Shown here piece by piece: positions 1-12,319 of a stretch of 64,000 nt of DNA (positions are counted from its first letter, which is position 1; each line of letters starts with the position of its first letter). Both the position numbers and the translations under genes were made by a program. This DNA comes from Octopus sinensis (Eukaryota), in the NCBI RefSeq assembly GCF_006345805.1, contig NC_043003.1:62806001-62870000 (forward strand), written 5' to 3'. The notes under the pieces were generated by a model that did not search any database, had not been told where the DNA came from, and was given only the letters and a program-made list of their open reading frames with translations.

Positions 1-280
1 TTCTCTTGAGGTCTGCTGGTGCCTTGCAAACCTTTTGACAAATGGAACAAGTTGAGGACTTGGTTTTCTCGAGTGCTTTTGGATCATTTATGTTTTCTTG
101 AGTGGACAGCAAGGCCTGCTTTGTTTCATGCCACAAAACCACAATGACAGGTAGGCTTTCATTTAACAGAGCAGCATTTTGCCTGTGTGCCTTCATGCTT
201 GCAGTCTACTTTGCTCAAATCTTTGAACTGAGGAGAAGCAGAATTGGCACCAGGTCCTGCGTTCTGATATGCTGTTTTAC
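1..280 (-). pseudogene. Decayed C2H2 zinc-finger coding remnant, running off the window edge
   Basis: Minus strand reads KPTCHCGFVA*NKAGLAVHSRKHK*. After a frameshift it reads SSTCSICQKVCKAPADLKR. The TGA stops are consistent with CGA decay. Confidence 0.4.
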
Positions 281-304
281 ACACACACACACACACACAC
301 ACAA

Positions 305-565
305 TATTTAATGTCCATTTTATATGCTGGCATGGATTGAACTGTTTGACAGGAGCTGACCAACTGAAGGGTGGTTCAGGCTCCATGTCTGTTTTGGCAT
401 GGTTTCAACAGCTAGAGGCCCTTCCTAATGCCAACCAGTTCACAGTGTATAGGGTGATTTTATGCAGCAGTGGCATTGGTGCTTTTTACATGGCACCAGC
501 ACCTACAAGCTCACAAGATTAGGGATGAATCTGTATGCAAAGGTAACCACACTTTTACTTAGCTT
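305..565 (-). mobile_element. RTE-family 3' end fragment
   Basis: Matches the terminal CCATGCYAGCATG...GGACGTTAAA motif and upstream 3' UTR seen in the longer copy at 62750-63568. Confidence 0.7.
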
Positions 566-568
566 GTG

Positions 569-610
<42 letters not shown>

Positions 611-1247
611 CATATACATATGTAAATAAATATAACCCATGCTAGAATGGAAAACGGACGTTAAACGATGATGATATATATATATAATATGAGAGAGATG
701 GGGTAGAGAGATAGAAGGGCTGGGTGTGTCATTAGAGCATAAGATACAATGTTACGCAGTATTTTTGCAGCTCTGGGTGCTCTGAGTAAAACTTCTTACT
801 TTGATCAACATGTCCTTCCATCCTTTCAAGGTGACAAATAGATGCTAGTCAGTTGCTAGCCATGCTTCTCTCTCTTGACCTCTGACATCCAATATGTAGA
901 TGAAGTTTGGGAGAATGGAGACATTGCATTCTATGTGACTGCTCGCTGCTGTGCAGACACTAAATCATTAATAAAAGCTTGCTATACACTGATACCAAAG
1001 AGCATTTGATAGCAATTGACAGTATATCCCTGAAGGTTTTCTTTTGCAGCCTGTCATCATTTTTTTCCAAAAGTGAAATTTATCATTTGCAGTAATCTAA
1101 AGACAAACCTCACTTACTTCTCATTTTTCACAGATGATTGTTACTTAAAAGATATCTAATTTTCAAGAGAGCAACATTATCTTATACCCCAATTGGCATG
1201 GCTTTTGCTGTGATTCAGACTCTGCTTTCGATTTGCTGGTAATAGAA

Positions 1248-1548
1248 TAATGTTCCAGTTGATTCGATCAATGGAACAGGCTGTTCATGAAATTAACATC
1301 CAAGTGGTTGAGCACTCCACAGATGCACATATCCTTATTATATTTCTCAAGGAGATTCAGCATGACACAGAATATGACAAGACTGGCCCCTTTTTAATTA
1401 CAGGTACAACTCATTTTCCTCCGGCTGTATGGACTAGAGCATCATGAAACAAAGTACCTTGCCTGACAACACAATGTTACCAGGAATTGAACTTGTGACC
1501 TTATAATCGTGAACTGACTATCCTAATCACTAAGCCACACACCTTCAT
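1248..1548 (-). mobile_element. tRNA-derived SINE, family D variant, decayed
   Basis: Shares GTTCCAGTTGAT..GATCAATGGAACAG..TCATGAAATTAAC with 53891-54257. A tRNA-like head lies at ~1480-1548. Confidence 0.6.
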
Positions 1549-1589
1549 AATAGAACGCAGCATGGTATTTAAATAGTTAATAGGTTTGA

Positions 1590-2050
1590 TTCAGATGGCA
1601 ATGTGAAGATGCTGGAGGTTGTGGTCAAACCTTGGCTGGAGAGGGTTGCTACTGAAGGACGTGTATGACAGCAGGATTTGGCTCCTTGCCATATCTCTAG
1701 AAATAGTCAGAAATGGTTGTCAGAAAATTCCTACCACTTCATCTGTCTCCCCATTTTCTGGCCTCCTAATTCCTCCAATAGTAATCCCATATGTGAGGTA
1801 TTGAGTGCTTTATCTGCAATACCAAGGCTGAGACAAGATTGAGGAGATGTTTGAAGATCTTTCCAGGAACACAGTAAGGAATGCATGCACCAGGTTCCAG
1901 AGTTATCTTGAGGCTGTGGTGGAAGCTGAGGGTGGCTGTTTTGAGCTAACCGTTATCTCCCAGCTATAATAAAGTTGATTTTATTTTTAAATGGGATACT
2001 GTTTTCTTTTCCTTTTATGTAAACTGTCAAATGTAGCCTGAACACTCTGT
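1590..2050 (+). mobile_element. maT-like (DD37D) transposase 3' remnant
   Basis: Reads VKPWLERVA..QQDLAPCHISRNSQKWLSEN..FWPPNS and RNACTRFQSYLEAVVEAEGG. Ends in the TIR-like CCTGAACACTCTGTA. Confidence 0.65.
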
Positions 2051-2836
2051 ATGAATCTCCATAGGTATTTATGCAAGTTTCCTGTGAAAGATAGACAGAA
2101 ACTGAGAGCCAGATCAATATGTTTGTATGCAAGTATACAAATATATACATCTCTTCATACACTTCTATGTCTATATACATATATATACATATCTCTTAAA
2201 ATGTATCGATGTGTGTGTGTGTGTGCATGCATGCATATGTATGTGTATGAGCATGCATGTAATCGATTGGTCAGTAGTCCAATTTGGAAGAACTATATTT
2301 AGATGGTTCTCATTTGTTTATACTATGCACTAACAAAAAGTTTAGTCTTTTTTTTTACTTCCAGCAATTTTATTAAATTCAAAAAAACCAATTAGTTTCA
2401 AAATGCAGACATCAAAATAAATTTATAGTGTGAGCTTTTATATTTGCCATGGGTTGACTGTTAAATTCTTTGATCAGCCAAAACTCCTTGGGGATTGGAA
2501 ACTCTTTTGAAAACCCAAGAACTTCTTGAAATTTCTTCAATAATCAGAATATTTCTTTACCAGAAAAAAAAAAAGAATTCCATTTGCTTCCTTTTTCTTC
2601 TTCCCTGTACTTTCAATGATTTCTTTCAAAAATATCTTGGCCCAACATCCATCTTTACTGAGACCTAACATCTATTTTGAAATTTTACATTTCATATTCT
2701 TCCGATTTACTCACTGTATTTCACTCATTTTATCTTTTCCTCATTGTACCCTGACTAATCTCATACATTTTCTTTCCTATTCTATCTTATCCTCTTAAGT
2801 AAATGTCACAGCATTTTCAAACTGAGACAAGCTTGT

Positions 2837-2871
<35 letters not shown>

Positions 2872-2934
2872 GATATCAAAAAGATGTGTTATAACAATAT
2901 TCCACAGACATACCAACAATCCAACATACCTCCA

Positions 2935-3809
2935 TCATCAGCTGCCCCTCAGATATCATTATGCTTTCGACACCTAGGCAGTACCATTCAATCAGCAGTG
3001 TCAACAGCACTAAAATAAGAGTTGTTTGGGAACAAACAAACCAAGGAGCAGTTAGGCACCGTCTGTAAGAAAAGCAGCACAGTGATGCAATTCACTCTGC
3101 CAGAAATTTGGAAACGACATGCTGTACTGCTTGGCATTCATGCCGGAAGCTCCAATATGTACAGATGGTGAACACTCAGAACAACTGTTGGCTTACCATG
3201 TCCCCAAAACATGTAGAGAGTGATACAAATCAAGCATCATGGTGTTTGAAGTAATCACTAGTGATAGCGACGTTTCGCCTCCTTCATCTTATCACAATGC
3301 CTCGTACTCAACACGGAGGCCTACATCAGATACATGGAGGAAGTAGTGTTGCCCTGGGTCAAGTGGGCAACTGCTGGAAGACCCTATATCCGGCAACAAG
3401 ACTCTGCAGCATGCCACACAAGCAGGAGAACCCAGTCATAGCTGTCAGACAATTTATGTAACCACATCACCACCAACATCTGGCCACCTAATTCTCCAGA
3501 CTGCAATCTCCTTGGTTATGTGTGGAGTGCAGTTGAGTGAGAGACTAACAAAACTCCTTGTAACACCAGAAATGAACTGAAAGCAAGGGTTACAGCAGCA
3601 TTCACCAACTTAAACAAGGAGACTCATCCAGAAGAGTTGCTGGAGAGTCTGAAGTCATGTGGAGGCTATGATTGAAGCCAATGGCGATTTTTATTGAATA
3701 AATTTACTCCTTAGTATTTTGAGATATTTTTATGTAATTTTATATAATGTCAGTGTTATTTTCATTTTTGCATAATTTAGATGACAATATAGTCACCACA
3801 CACCCTATA
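2935..3809 (+). mobile_element. Internally deleted maT (DD37D) DNA transposon
   Basis: Reads QQDSAACHTSRRTQS*LSDN..WPPNSPDCNLLGY and is homologous to 22128-22747. The 3' terminus CACCACACACCCTATA corresponds to that copy's TACAGGG end. Confidence 0.8.
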
Positions 3810-3821
3810 TATAGGTGTGGA

Positions 3822-4915
3822 GGCAAGGTCTAGAATCGAAGGGTCTTAGTCAATCTAGTAAATAAGAAAGCAGATAAATCTTAGTAAATAGGAAAGCAGA
3901 TAAATCACAAATCCTTTCAGGTAGATGGCCCTGCTCGATTTGTAGAAAAGGAGTAGGTAGAAACTCCATAAGAGGTATCCAGTATAAACTATGAACACAG
4001 AATAGATACAGCAATATCAAAGGAAGGTTAACTGGGAAAATAGTTTTTGTGTGTGGCAGATGCACAGGGGCAATAAACACCAAAGATGTACAGAAAACAG
4101 ATACCATCACATGTCAGGGGGAAAACTAGAAATAGTTGATAGCTTCTGTTATGTAGGTGACCAAGTCAGTAATTCTGAGTAGCTCTGGATGCTCTGAGAA
4201 CATAGATGCTAGAATAAGAATAGCCTGGTCAAAGTTCAGATGGCCTCTACCTCTGCTGGTTACAAAGGACCTCTCGCTCAGAGCTAGTATGCTCCATTGG
4301 ATGTGTAATATCAATGCACATACACAACAGAATGTAAGCACTCTGAGAGGAAAGTTGGACATAAAAAGCATAAGATGTAGTGTGCAAGACAAACAACTGT
4401 GTTGGCATGGTCATGTGTTGCATATGGATGAGGACAGCTGTGTGAAGAAAAGTCACACCCTAACAATGAAGGGAACTTGTGGAAGAGGTAGACCCAGGAA
4501 GACCTGGGATTAAGTGGTGAAGCATGACCTTTGAACGTTGGGTCTCACAGAGGCAATGACAAGTAACTGAGACCTTTGGAGATATGCTGTGCTTGAGAAG
4601 ACCTGGCCAATGCCAGTGCTGCATAACTGGCACATTTAAAACTACCCTTCAATTGTTGGACAATATGCTGTTGAGTCAAGTGAAATCGTAGTCCTGGCTG
4701 ATGCCAATGCCACCCCATTGGCCCCCATGCCGGTGGCACATAAAATGTACCCACTACACTCTTAGACTGGTTGGCATTAGGAAGGGTGTCCAGTTGTAGA
4801 AACCTTGCTAGATCAGATTGGAGCCTGGTGCAGTCACCTGGCTTTCCAGTCCCCATTCAAGCCATCTAACCCATGCCAGCATGGAAAGCAGACGTTAAAC
4901 AATGATGATGATGAT
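3822..4915 (+). mobile_element. 5'-truncated RTE-like LINE (PHD insert, RT C-terminus, 3' UTR, (GAT)n tail)
   Basis: Reads GRWPCSICRKGVGRNS..VFVCGRC, DSFCYVGDQ, ARIRIAWSKFR and GTCGRGRPRKTWD. Tail is AACAATGATGATGATGAT. Confidence 0.85.
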
Positions 4916-4917
4916 AT

Positions 4918-5195
4918 ATAGGTGCAGGAGTGGCTGTGTGGTATGTAGCTTGCTTACCAGCCACATGGTTCCAGATTCAGTTCCACTGTATGACACCTTA
5001 GGCAAGTGTCTTCTATAGCCTCCTGCCAACCAAAGCTTAACAACTGATGTTTGCATGTCTACATCCCTGTAACTTAGCAGTTCAGCAAAAGAGACAGATA
5101 GAATAAGTACCAGGCTTACAAAGAAGAAGTCCTGCAGTCGATTTTTTCCACTAAAAGGTGGTGCTCCAGTCAAATGACTGAAACAAGTAAAAGAT
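4918..5195 (+). mobile_element. tRNA-derived SINE family C1, internally deleted
   Basis: Head GGTGCAGGAGTGGCTGTGTGGT..GATTCAGTTCC; tail GGTGCTCCAG..AATGACTGAAACAAGTAAAAG. Confidence 0.8.
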
Positions 5196-5690
5196 TATAT
5201 ATATATATATATATATACTAAGCAGTGTGTGTGTATAAGGGCATTTATGTGGATGAACAAATTATTAAATATAAGAGCTTGAGTTTGATATACAATATAC
5301 ACGCACGCATACACATACGTATACACATATAGACACACACACAATCATGCACATACATACACTGACCATTCTTCTATGCACATGGGTAGGTAGACAGAAG
5401 AGCCACTCCTACTATCATTCTTCCTATGACCTTAAACGATACTAAGCCCAACCATACACACAGACACATGTGCTGTCATTACACACACATACACACACAC
5501 AGACCTGCATGCACGCGCATATCCATACATACACACACATACCTCCTTCTCTTGCACTCTCCTGTCTTTGAAAGAACTTTTTCTTCAACTATTCCCTTCC
5601 AGTCATTCAATATGTGACCGCGTGTTTATCCTTGGCGATTTTTTTTTTTTTTCCTCCGTCTTCCCTTCCTTCAATCTTTCCTTTACGTAT

Positions 5691-5725
5691 GTTTCTTACG
5701 AAGAGCTCCACTTGAAACGTTAAAT
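5691..5725 (+). ncRNA. Degenerate minimal type-I hammerhead ribozyme motif in a Penelope-like terminal repeat
   Basis: GTTT-CTTACGA-A-GAGC-TCC-ACTT-GAAAC-GTTA-AAT. The core has a G5 substitution and stem II is decayed. The AACGTT stem III is palindromic. Confidence 0.45.
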
Positions 5726-6724
5726 CGTCCTTCTTTCTTTTCTTTCCTGAGCATCCAATAACACTATACTTGTTCCACGTCCTCACGTTGTGTTTTCTCT
5801 TTGTGTTTTCATGTTTGGATTAACTTTATATATATATATATAATTTGTACATTTGCCAAATTAGATTGTAACATGGTGCACCTGTTACCTCCGGCTTACC
5901 AGTTTCCAGTCAAACTATCCAACCCATGCCAGTATAGAAAGTGGACATTAAATGATGATGATGATGTATACATGTTAACAGAAAGAAAGCAAAGACAAAA
6001 GACTTTCAGATGATGAGTATTTAAGTATAAATGTATAGGTATCTATACATTAATAGATCAAACTTACACAGGATACAAATTAAAGGTTAGGAGGTAAGTT
6101 GTAATAACCCCAACAGCTGTTTCTAGGGGTTCATAAATACATCATAATATTGGTAGATGTAGTTCATGAAAATATGCAGTCAGTAATGGAAGCAAATAAA
6201 GATTGTATAAATCGAGCCTCCGTCATCAGGGTAGAAAGAAATCTTGCATTTCAAATCATGATGCAGAGCCTCGGTTTATTTGATGTGTATTTGCTTCCAT
6301 TATTAGCTACAAATTTTTGATCTACATCTACCAACATTATGAGGGATCTCCAAGCCCTCAGAAACACCTTACCTCTTTCACTTTAATTTTCTCTGTCGTT
6401 TCTACTCTGTAAGTTTGTTCTATTGATATATAAACATCTGTACATTTATACTTAAATATTCATCATCTAAATGTCTTTAGTTTTTGCTTTCTTTTACTTT
6501 GTATTTATACACATATATATTTTGTATACCAAACCTAACCTGTTATATTTAATTTGTTTATCGACATGACTGCATCCATATCTACTCACCTGAATTCCTC
6601 TTTTAGCCACTCTTTACTCTGCAGAATTGATCCCTTGTAAAAACGCCAGAGTCTATGTTTGAATCATCTGAGCACTACTAAGTGTTTTCCATACCAAGAA
6701 TCTCTGGGTCCCATCTGTTGACCA

Positions 6725-8290
6725 TCATCATCATTCCATGTCCGTTTTCCATGCTGGCATAGGTTGGAGGATTTGACTGAGGACTGGCAAGCCAGTAGGC
6801 TGCACCAGGCTGCAATCTGATCTGGCAATGTCTCTATAGTTGGATGCCCTTCCTAACGCCAACAAAGAGTGTGATGGGTGCTTTTTACGTGCCACTGGCA
6901 CAGGAGCTAGTTGAGCAGGCCTGGCATTGATCACATTCACATGGTGCTTTTTACAAACTACCAGCACGGGAGCCAGTCAGGTGGCCCTGGCATCAATCAC
7001 GCCCAGATAATGCTTTTTACAAACCACCAGCACGGGAGCCAGTCAGGTGGCCCTGGCATCGGCCATGTTTGGATGCTGCTTTTTATATGCCACCAGCATG
7101 CAAGCCAGTCAAACAGATCAGTCATTGACCATGTTCGAATGGTGCTGTTTACATACCACTGGCACAGGAGCCAGTCAGGGGGCACTGGCATCGACCACAT
7201 TCGGATGATGCATTTTATGTGCCACTGGAATGGAAGCCAGTCAGGGGGCACTGGCTATAGCTACGATTTTGGTTTTACTCGACTCAACAGGTCTTCTCAA
7301 GCATATCATATTGCCTGACATATCAAGGGTACTTTTAAATGCTGGACATGCAACACTGGCATCAGCCAAGGCAGCAATCTCATTTTAGTTGCTGGGTCTT
7401 CTCAATCACAGCATATCTCCAAAGGTCTCGGTCTCCTGCCATTGCCTCTGTGAGGCCCAGTGTTCAAAGGTCATGCTTTACCACCTCATCCCATGTCTTC
7501 CTGGGTCTACCTCTTCCACAGGGTGTAGCACTTCCTCACACAATTGTCCTCACCCATACATAACACATGACCATACCAGTGCATTACTCTCTCTTGCACA
7601 CCATATTTGATGCTTCTTATGTCCAACTTTTCTCTCAGGGCACTCACACTCTGTTAAGTATACACACTGACATTACACGTCCAGCAGATCTTACTAGCTT
7701 CATTTCTTACAAGCCTACGCATGTCTTCAGCAGTCATGGCCCAATGTTTCACTGCTGTGTAGCATGGCAGTTCACACACATACATCATACAGTTTACCTT
7801 TCATCCTGAACAAGAAACCCTTAGTTGCCAGGAGAGGTAGGAGCTCCCTGAACTTTGCCCAGGCTATTCTAGCCACTACACTCTCAGAGCAACCACCTCC
7901 ACTACAGACTTGGTCACCTAGGTAGGAGAAGTTATCAACTACTTCTAGTTTTCCCCTGTGGCATGTGATTGGATTTGTTTTCTGTATATCTTCAGTGTTT
8001 ATTGCTTCTGTGCATCTGCCACACACAAAATCTATTTTCCTGGTTAACCTTCCTTTGATATTGCTGCACATTTTATGCATTCATAGCTTACACTGAGTAC
8101 ATCATATGGAGTTTCTACCCACACCTTTTCTACAGATGAAACAGGGCCATCTAATTGCAAGAGTGTGTGATTTGTCAACCTTCCTATTTACTAGAACTTT
8201 CGTGTTTGTTAGGTTAACGCTAAGGCCTTTCGATTCGAGACCTTGCTTCCACACCCTAAACTTCATCTCTAGTTCTGGCAGTGACTTAGC
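6725..8290 (-). mobile_element. 5'-truncated RTE-like LINE with PHD insert and 66-bp 3' UTR array
   Basis: Minus-strand frames read RWPCFICRKGVGRNSI*CTQCKL*MHKMCSNIKGRLTRKIDFVCGRC, FSYLGDQ and AWAKFRELLPLL. An (ATG)n tail lies at 6722-6733. Confidence 0.85.
6877..7255 (-). repeat. Tandem array of ~66-bp units in the RTE 3' UTR
   Basis: About six units containing GGTGCTTTTTAC..GCCACYRGCAC.GGAGCCAGTCAGG. The ORF track shows a 22-aa periodicity. Confidence 0.85.
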
Positions 8291-8309
8291 TATTAGAGCA
8301 AGATTATTA

Positions 8310-8368
8310 GTACATAGGAGATCCCAGGGGCAGCCTGTCTTGAATTCTTGTTATTGCCTAGAGGGCTA

Positions 8369-8408
<40 letters not shown>

Positions 8409-8417
8409 ATATATAGA

Positions 8418-8474
<57 letters not shown>

Positions 8475-8553
8475 ATATATAGATCTATATATATATATAT
8501 ATAAAGATATATAGATCTATATATTATATATATATATAAAGATATATAGATCT

Positions 8554-8584
<31 letters not shown>

Positions 8585-8702
8585 TATATTATATTGGCCT
8601 ACTCATCTACCCAGTGGCGTCATTTGAAGGCTAAAACAATGCAAAGCGCATTGTGACCAGCGATGTGTAGCAACATCTGATAGCCTGGTCAGTCATGTGA
8701 TT
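8310..8702 (+). mobile_element. SINE family D2 tail, split by a (TA)n compound minisatellite
   Basis: GGCGTCATTTGAAGGCTAAAACAATGC..GTGACCAGCGATG is the reverse complement of 31255-31325. Confidence 0.6.
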
Positions 8703-8715
8703 ATATATGTGTATA

Positions 8716-8801
<86 letters not shown>

Positions 8802-8887
8802 TCTGTCAATTTGTCAGTCTATATATATATATATATATATATCTAGCTAGCTAGCTATATATATATATATATGTATATGTATATATG

Positions 8888-9895
8888 TTCCAGCTTTTCA
8901 TCATACCTTCCATCAGCTTATCCTTTCTCCACTTATTCCACTTTTCTCTTAATCAAGTGAACATCGTTGCTACGTTTTCGATTTATTCATGTGCATCATC
9001 AAATACATTTGTCTATGTTTGTTTATGTATCCATGTGTAAGCTTAATGTGTCTGTCAACTTCTAAGTATATGTTGTTGTGTGTATGGGAGCATATGTATG
9101 TATGTGTATGGATACGTATATGTGAAAATATAATCTATAGATATATATACCTGTGTATGTATATGCATACGTACAAATATACATACATATATAATCAATA
9201 GATACAGATGGTACGTATATAATATATTCATGTAATTTGTCAGGTGTATTTACTTATATAAAAATACACATCTGTGTGTGTGTGTGTGCATATATGTATG
9301 TATAAATGTATGTTATGTAGGTATTTATATACACACATACACACACATATACACATGAGTGTGCATGCATACATGTATGTATACACACACATTTACATAT
9401 ATGTATGTATACACATACACATTTATATATATATGTATACACACACACATTTATATATATATGTATACACACACACATTTATATATATATGTATACACAC
9501 ACACATTTACATATATATGTATACACACACACATTTACATATATGTGTATGTATACACACACATTTACATATATGTATATGTATTTATACACTCACACAT
9601 ATTTACATATATATATATATATATTTATATACACACACACTCACATTTATATATATAGATGTATGTATACACACACACATATGTAATGTATGTATGTATA
9701 CACATATATATGTGTGTGTACAGATAGTCAAGCACTTACACATAGGCACATAAGCAAACATAGACAAACGTATTTGATGATACACACGAATAAATCGAAA
9801 ACTCAGTAACGATGTTCGCTTAATTAGGAGAACTATGAAATAAACTTGGAGAAAAAGTAAAAACTTAGTGAGCATACAATATGAAAAAGTTGGAT
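8888..9895. mobile_element. Foldback-like element with ~170-bp inverted arms and a ~30-bp minisatellite core
   Basis: 8888-9055 is the reverse complement of ~9720-9895 (e.g. CATCAAATAC.TTTGTCTATGTTTG versus CAAACATAGACAAACGTATTTGATG). The core repeats GTATACACACACACATTTA(C/T)ATATATAT. Confidence 0.65.
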
Positions 9896-10314
9896 TAAGT
9901 GAAATAAAGTGAGTTACAAGTGAATATATAAAATACAGTAATAGATATGATTTTCATAACGATGTATGTGGGCAAGAAGTTATTAATGAGAAATCATTGA
10001 ACCCTTAGAAGAGATAAGGAGGACGATGATGGGAATCTGGGAATCATGAAATGTTTAAAGAAATATATGAATTTGTGAAGAAATTTCAAAGAATTTCTTA
10101 CATTTTCAAAGGAGTTTTAAATTCTCATTGAGGATTTTTCTCTTATCGAAAATTTTTGAAGTCATCTTCAGTTTCTCAACATAATTTATTTTGATGCTTG
10201 AATTTCAAAATTGATTTGTTTTTCCAATTTTATATGAAATAAATAGAAGTATCAGAACACATGGTTTGTGTTATGCATAAATTCCACCAAGCAAAAACTA
10301 TTTTAATGTCTTTT

Positions 10315-10875
10315 AATATTTGTTCCAGTCATTAGACTGCGGCGATGCTGCGGCACTACCTTGAAGAATTTTTAGTCGAATGGAGTGAGCCCAGTATTTA
10401 TCTATTATCATTAAGCTTGGTTCTTATTCTGTCAGTCTCTTTTGCCAAACTACTAAGTTGCAGGGATGTAAATGCACCACCACTGGTTGTCAAGCAGTGG
10501 CAGTAGGGAGGAACGCCAGATATGGAGACATGCACACACACACACACACATACACACACATGTATTGGAGTGGTTAGCATTAGGAATGGTATCCAGCTGT
10601 AGAAACATTGCCAGATCAGAATGGAGCCTGGTGCAACTGCTGACTCTCCAGACCTCCATCAAACTGTCCAACCCATGCCAGCATGGAAAACGGACGTTAA
10701 ACGATGATATATATATGACAGACTTCTTTTAAGCTTCCATCTACCAAATCCACTCACAAGGCTTTGGCTGGCCCAAGGCTATGGTAGAAGACACTTGCCC
10801 AAGGTTCCAGATAGTGGGACTGAACACAGAATCATTTGGTTGGGAAGCAAGCTCTTTACCACACAACCACACCTA
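10315..10875 (-). mobile_element. SINE C1 with a + strand RTE tail (10565-10710) nested in its internal microsatellite
   Basis: C1 tail at 10315-10500, C head at 10715-10875, RTE terminal motif between them. Confidence 0.75.
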
Positions 10876-10980
10876 CACCTATATTCACATTTTACTTATA
10901 TTGAGAAAATAAAGTGTTGCTCAATTACTGTGTATAGAAAGGAATTACAAAGAGGGAACATTAAGCAGTGATGGGTAAAA

Positions 10981-11621
10981 TAGTAATATTATTATCAGTC
11001 TGAATATGCTCAAGGCACATTTGAACCAGTGAACAAGCTACTCACTGCATTTTGTTACAGAATATATGTCCCATTTGTTCACAAATAGCATATATACACC
11101 TAGATCAGCTCGCAGCGCTGTCTACCCAGACTGAGGTGCAGGCATTTCGGAGTAATTATCCCCTCTTTGGTCACTGACACAAATGGGATGTATTTTCCAT
11201 GACAAAATGCAGTGAGTAGCTTGTTCACCAGTTTGAACTTACCTCAAGCCTATTTGGACTGATTATAACATTACAATTTTACTTATCACTGCTTAGCACT
11301 CACCCTCTGTAATTTACTTACGGTGAGCCACCGCATAGTGCTGCCAGTCGCCGTACAGCAACCGCAAAAGCATAAGAGAATCAATCTCTTCAATCAGCTC
11401 ACAGTGCCACCTGCCTGGTGTCCATGACCAAAGAGGAGATAACTACTCCAAAACGCTTGCAACTCACAGTCTGGGTAGACGGTGCTGCCAGCTGATATAG
11501 ATGTATACACATCATTTGTCAACAAACGGGATATATTTTCTGTGACAAAACACAGTGAGTACCGTGTTCACTGGTTCAAATGTACCTCAAGCATATTTGA
11601 ACTGAAAATATCATTACAGTA
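10981..11621. mobile_element. Three-arm foldback/MITE-like element
   Basis: 10981-11173 is the reverse complement of 11425-11621. An extra inverted partial arm lies at 11176-11275. Confidence 0.75.
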
Positions 11622-11624
11622 AAA

Positions 11625-11820
11625 AGGTGGCAAGCTGGTAGAAACATTAGCAGTATTTCTTCTGTCTTTATGGTCTAAGTTCAAATTCCGCCAAGGTCGA
11701 CTTTGCTTTTCATCCTTTTGGGGTCGATAAATTCAGTACCAGTTGTGTACTGGAGTCGATCAAATTGACTGGCCCCTTCCCCCAAATATTTCAGGCCTTG
11801 TGCCAAGCATAGAAAAGAAT
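11625..11820 (+). mobile_element. tRNA-derived SINE family B1
   Basis: AAGTTCAAATTCCGCCAAGGTCGACTTTGCTTTTCATCCTTTTGGGGTCGATAAATT with a GGCCTTGTGCC tail. Confidence 0.8.
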
Positions 11821-12175
11821 ATCATCACAATGAAGGAATTAATTTGTTAAATATTACCTTTCTTGAATGTATACTCTGTAATTCTACTCTGTTATATTCC
11901 AAGATTCCAACAACACAGGAATTAGAACATCTTGTTAAGGCATGTGAATGAGCAAAGTTGATGACAGATACTTTTATTATAGAGTCCAACCCATGCCAGC
12001 ATGGAAAACGGATGTTAAAAGATCATAATGTGTATATGATATCCATTCAAATGAAATTAGATATCAAATTCTTATCTTACTTTTGATAGTATCTCATCTA
12101 TCATAAAATACTGTGTAAACAGGGACACTCACATTCACAAGCATTCACATACATACCTCTCTCTCTCTCTCTCTA

Positions 12176-12218
<43 letters not shown>

Positions 12219-12277
12219 GGATATATATATATACACTTTTGTCATATATATACATATATATATACACACACATACAT

Positions 12278-12319
<42 letters not shown>

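Noticed and set aside
6115-6235. Split hammerhead (CTGATGA and GAAACAGCTG on the minus strand)
   Set aside because: The two motifs are ~100 nt apart with no convincing stem II.
6911-7318. 135-aa ORF with 22-aa His-rich repeats
   Set aside because: It is the antisense translation of the 66-bp RTE 3' UTR array and stays open because the unit length is a multiple of three.
8370-8590. Repeated AAAGATATATAGATCT units in (TA)n; also the ~57-bp doublet at 53777-53890
   Set aside because: Ordinary slippage products or assembly uncertainty.
9254-9875. Overlapping YIYI/HTHT/CVCV ORFs (also near 16000, 30700, 41000)
   Set aside because: These are translations of microsatellites.
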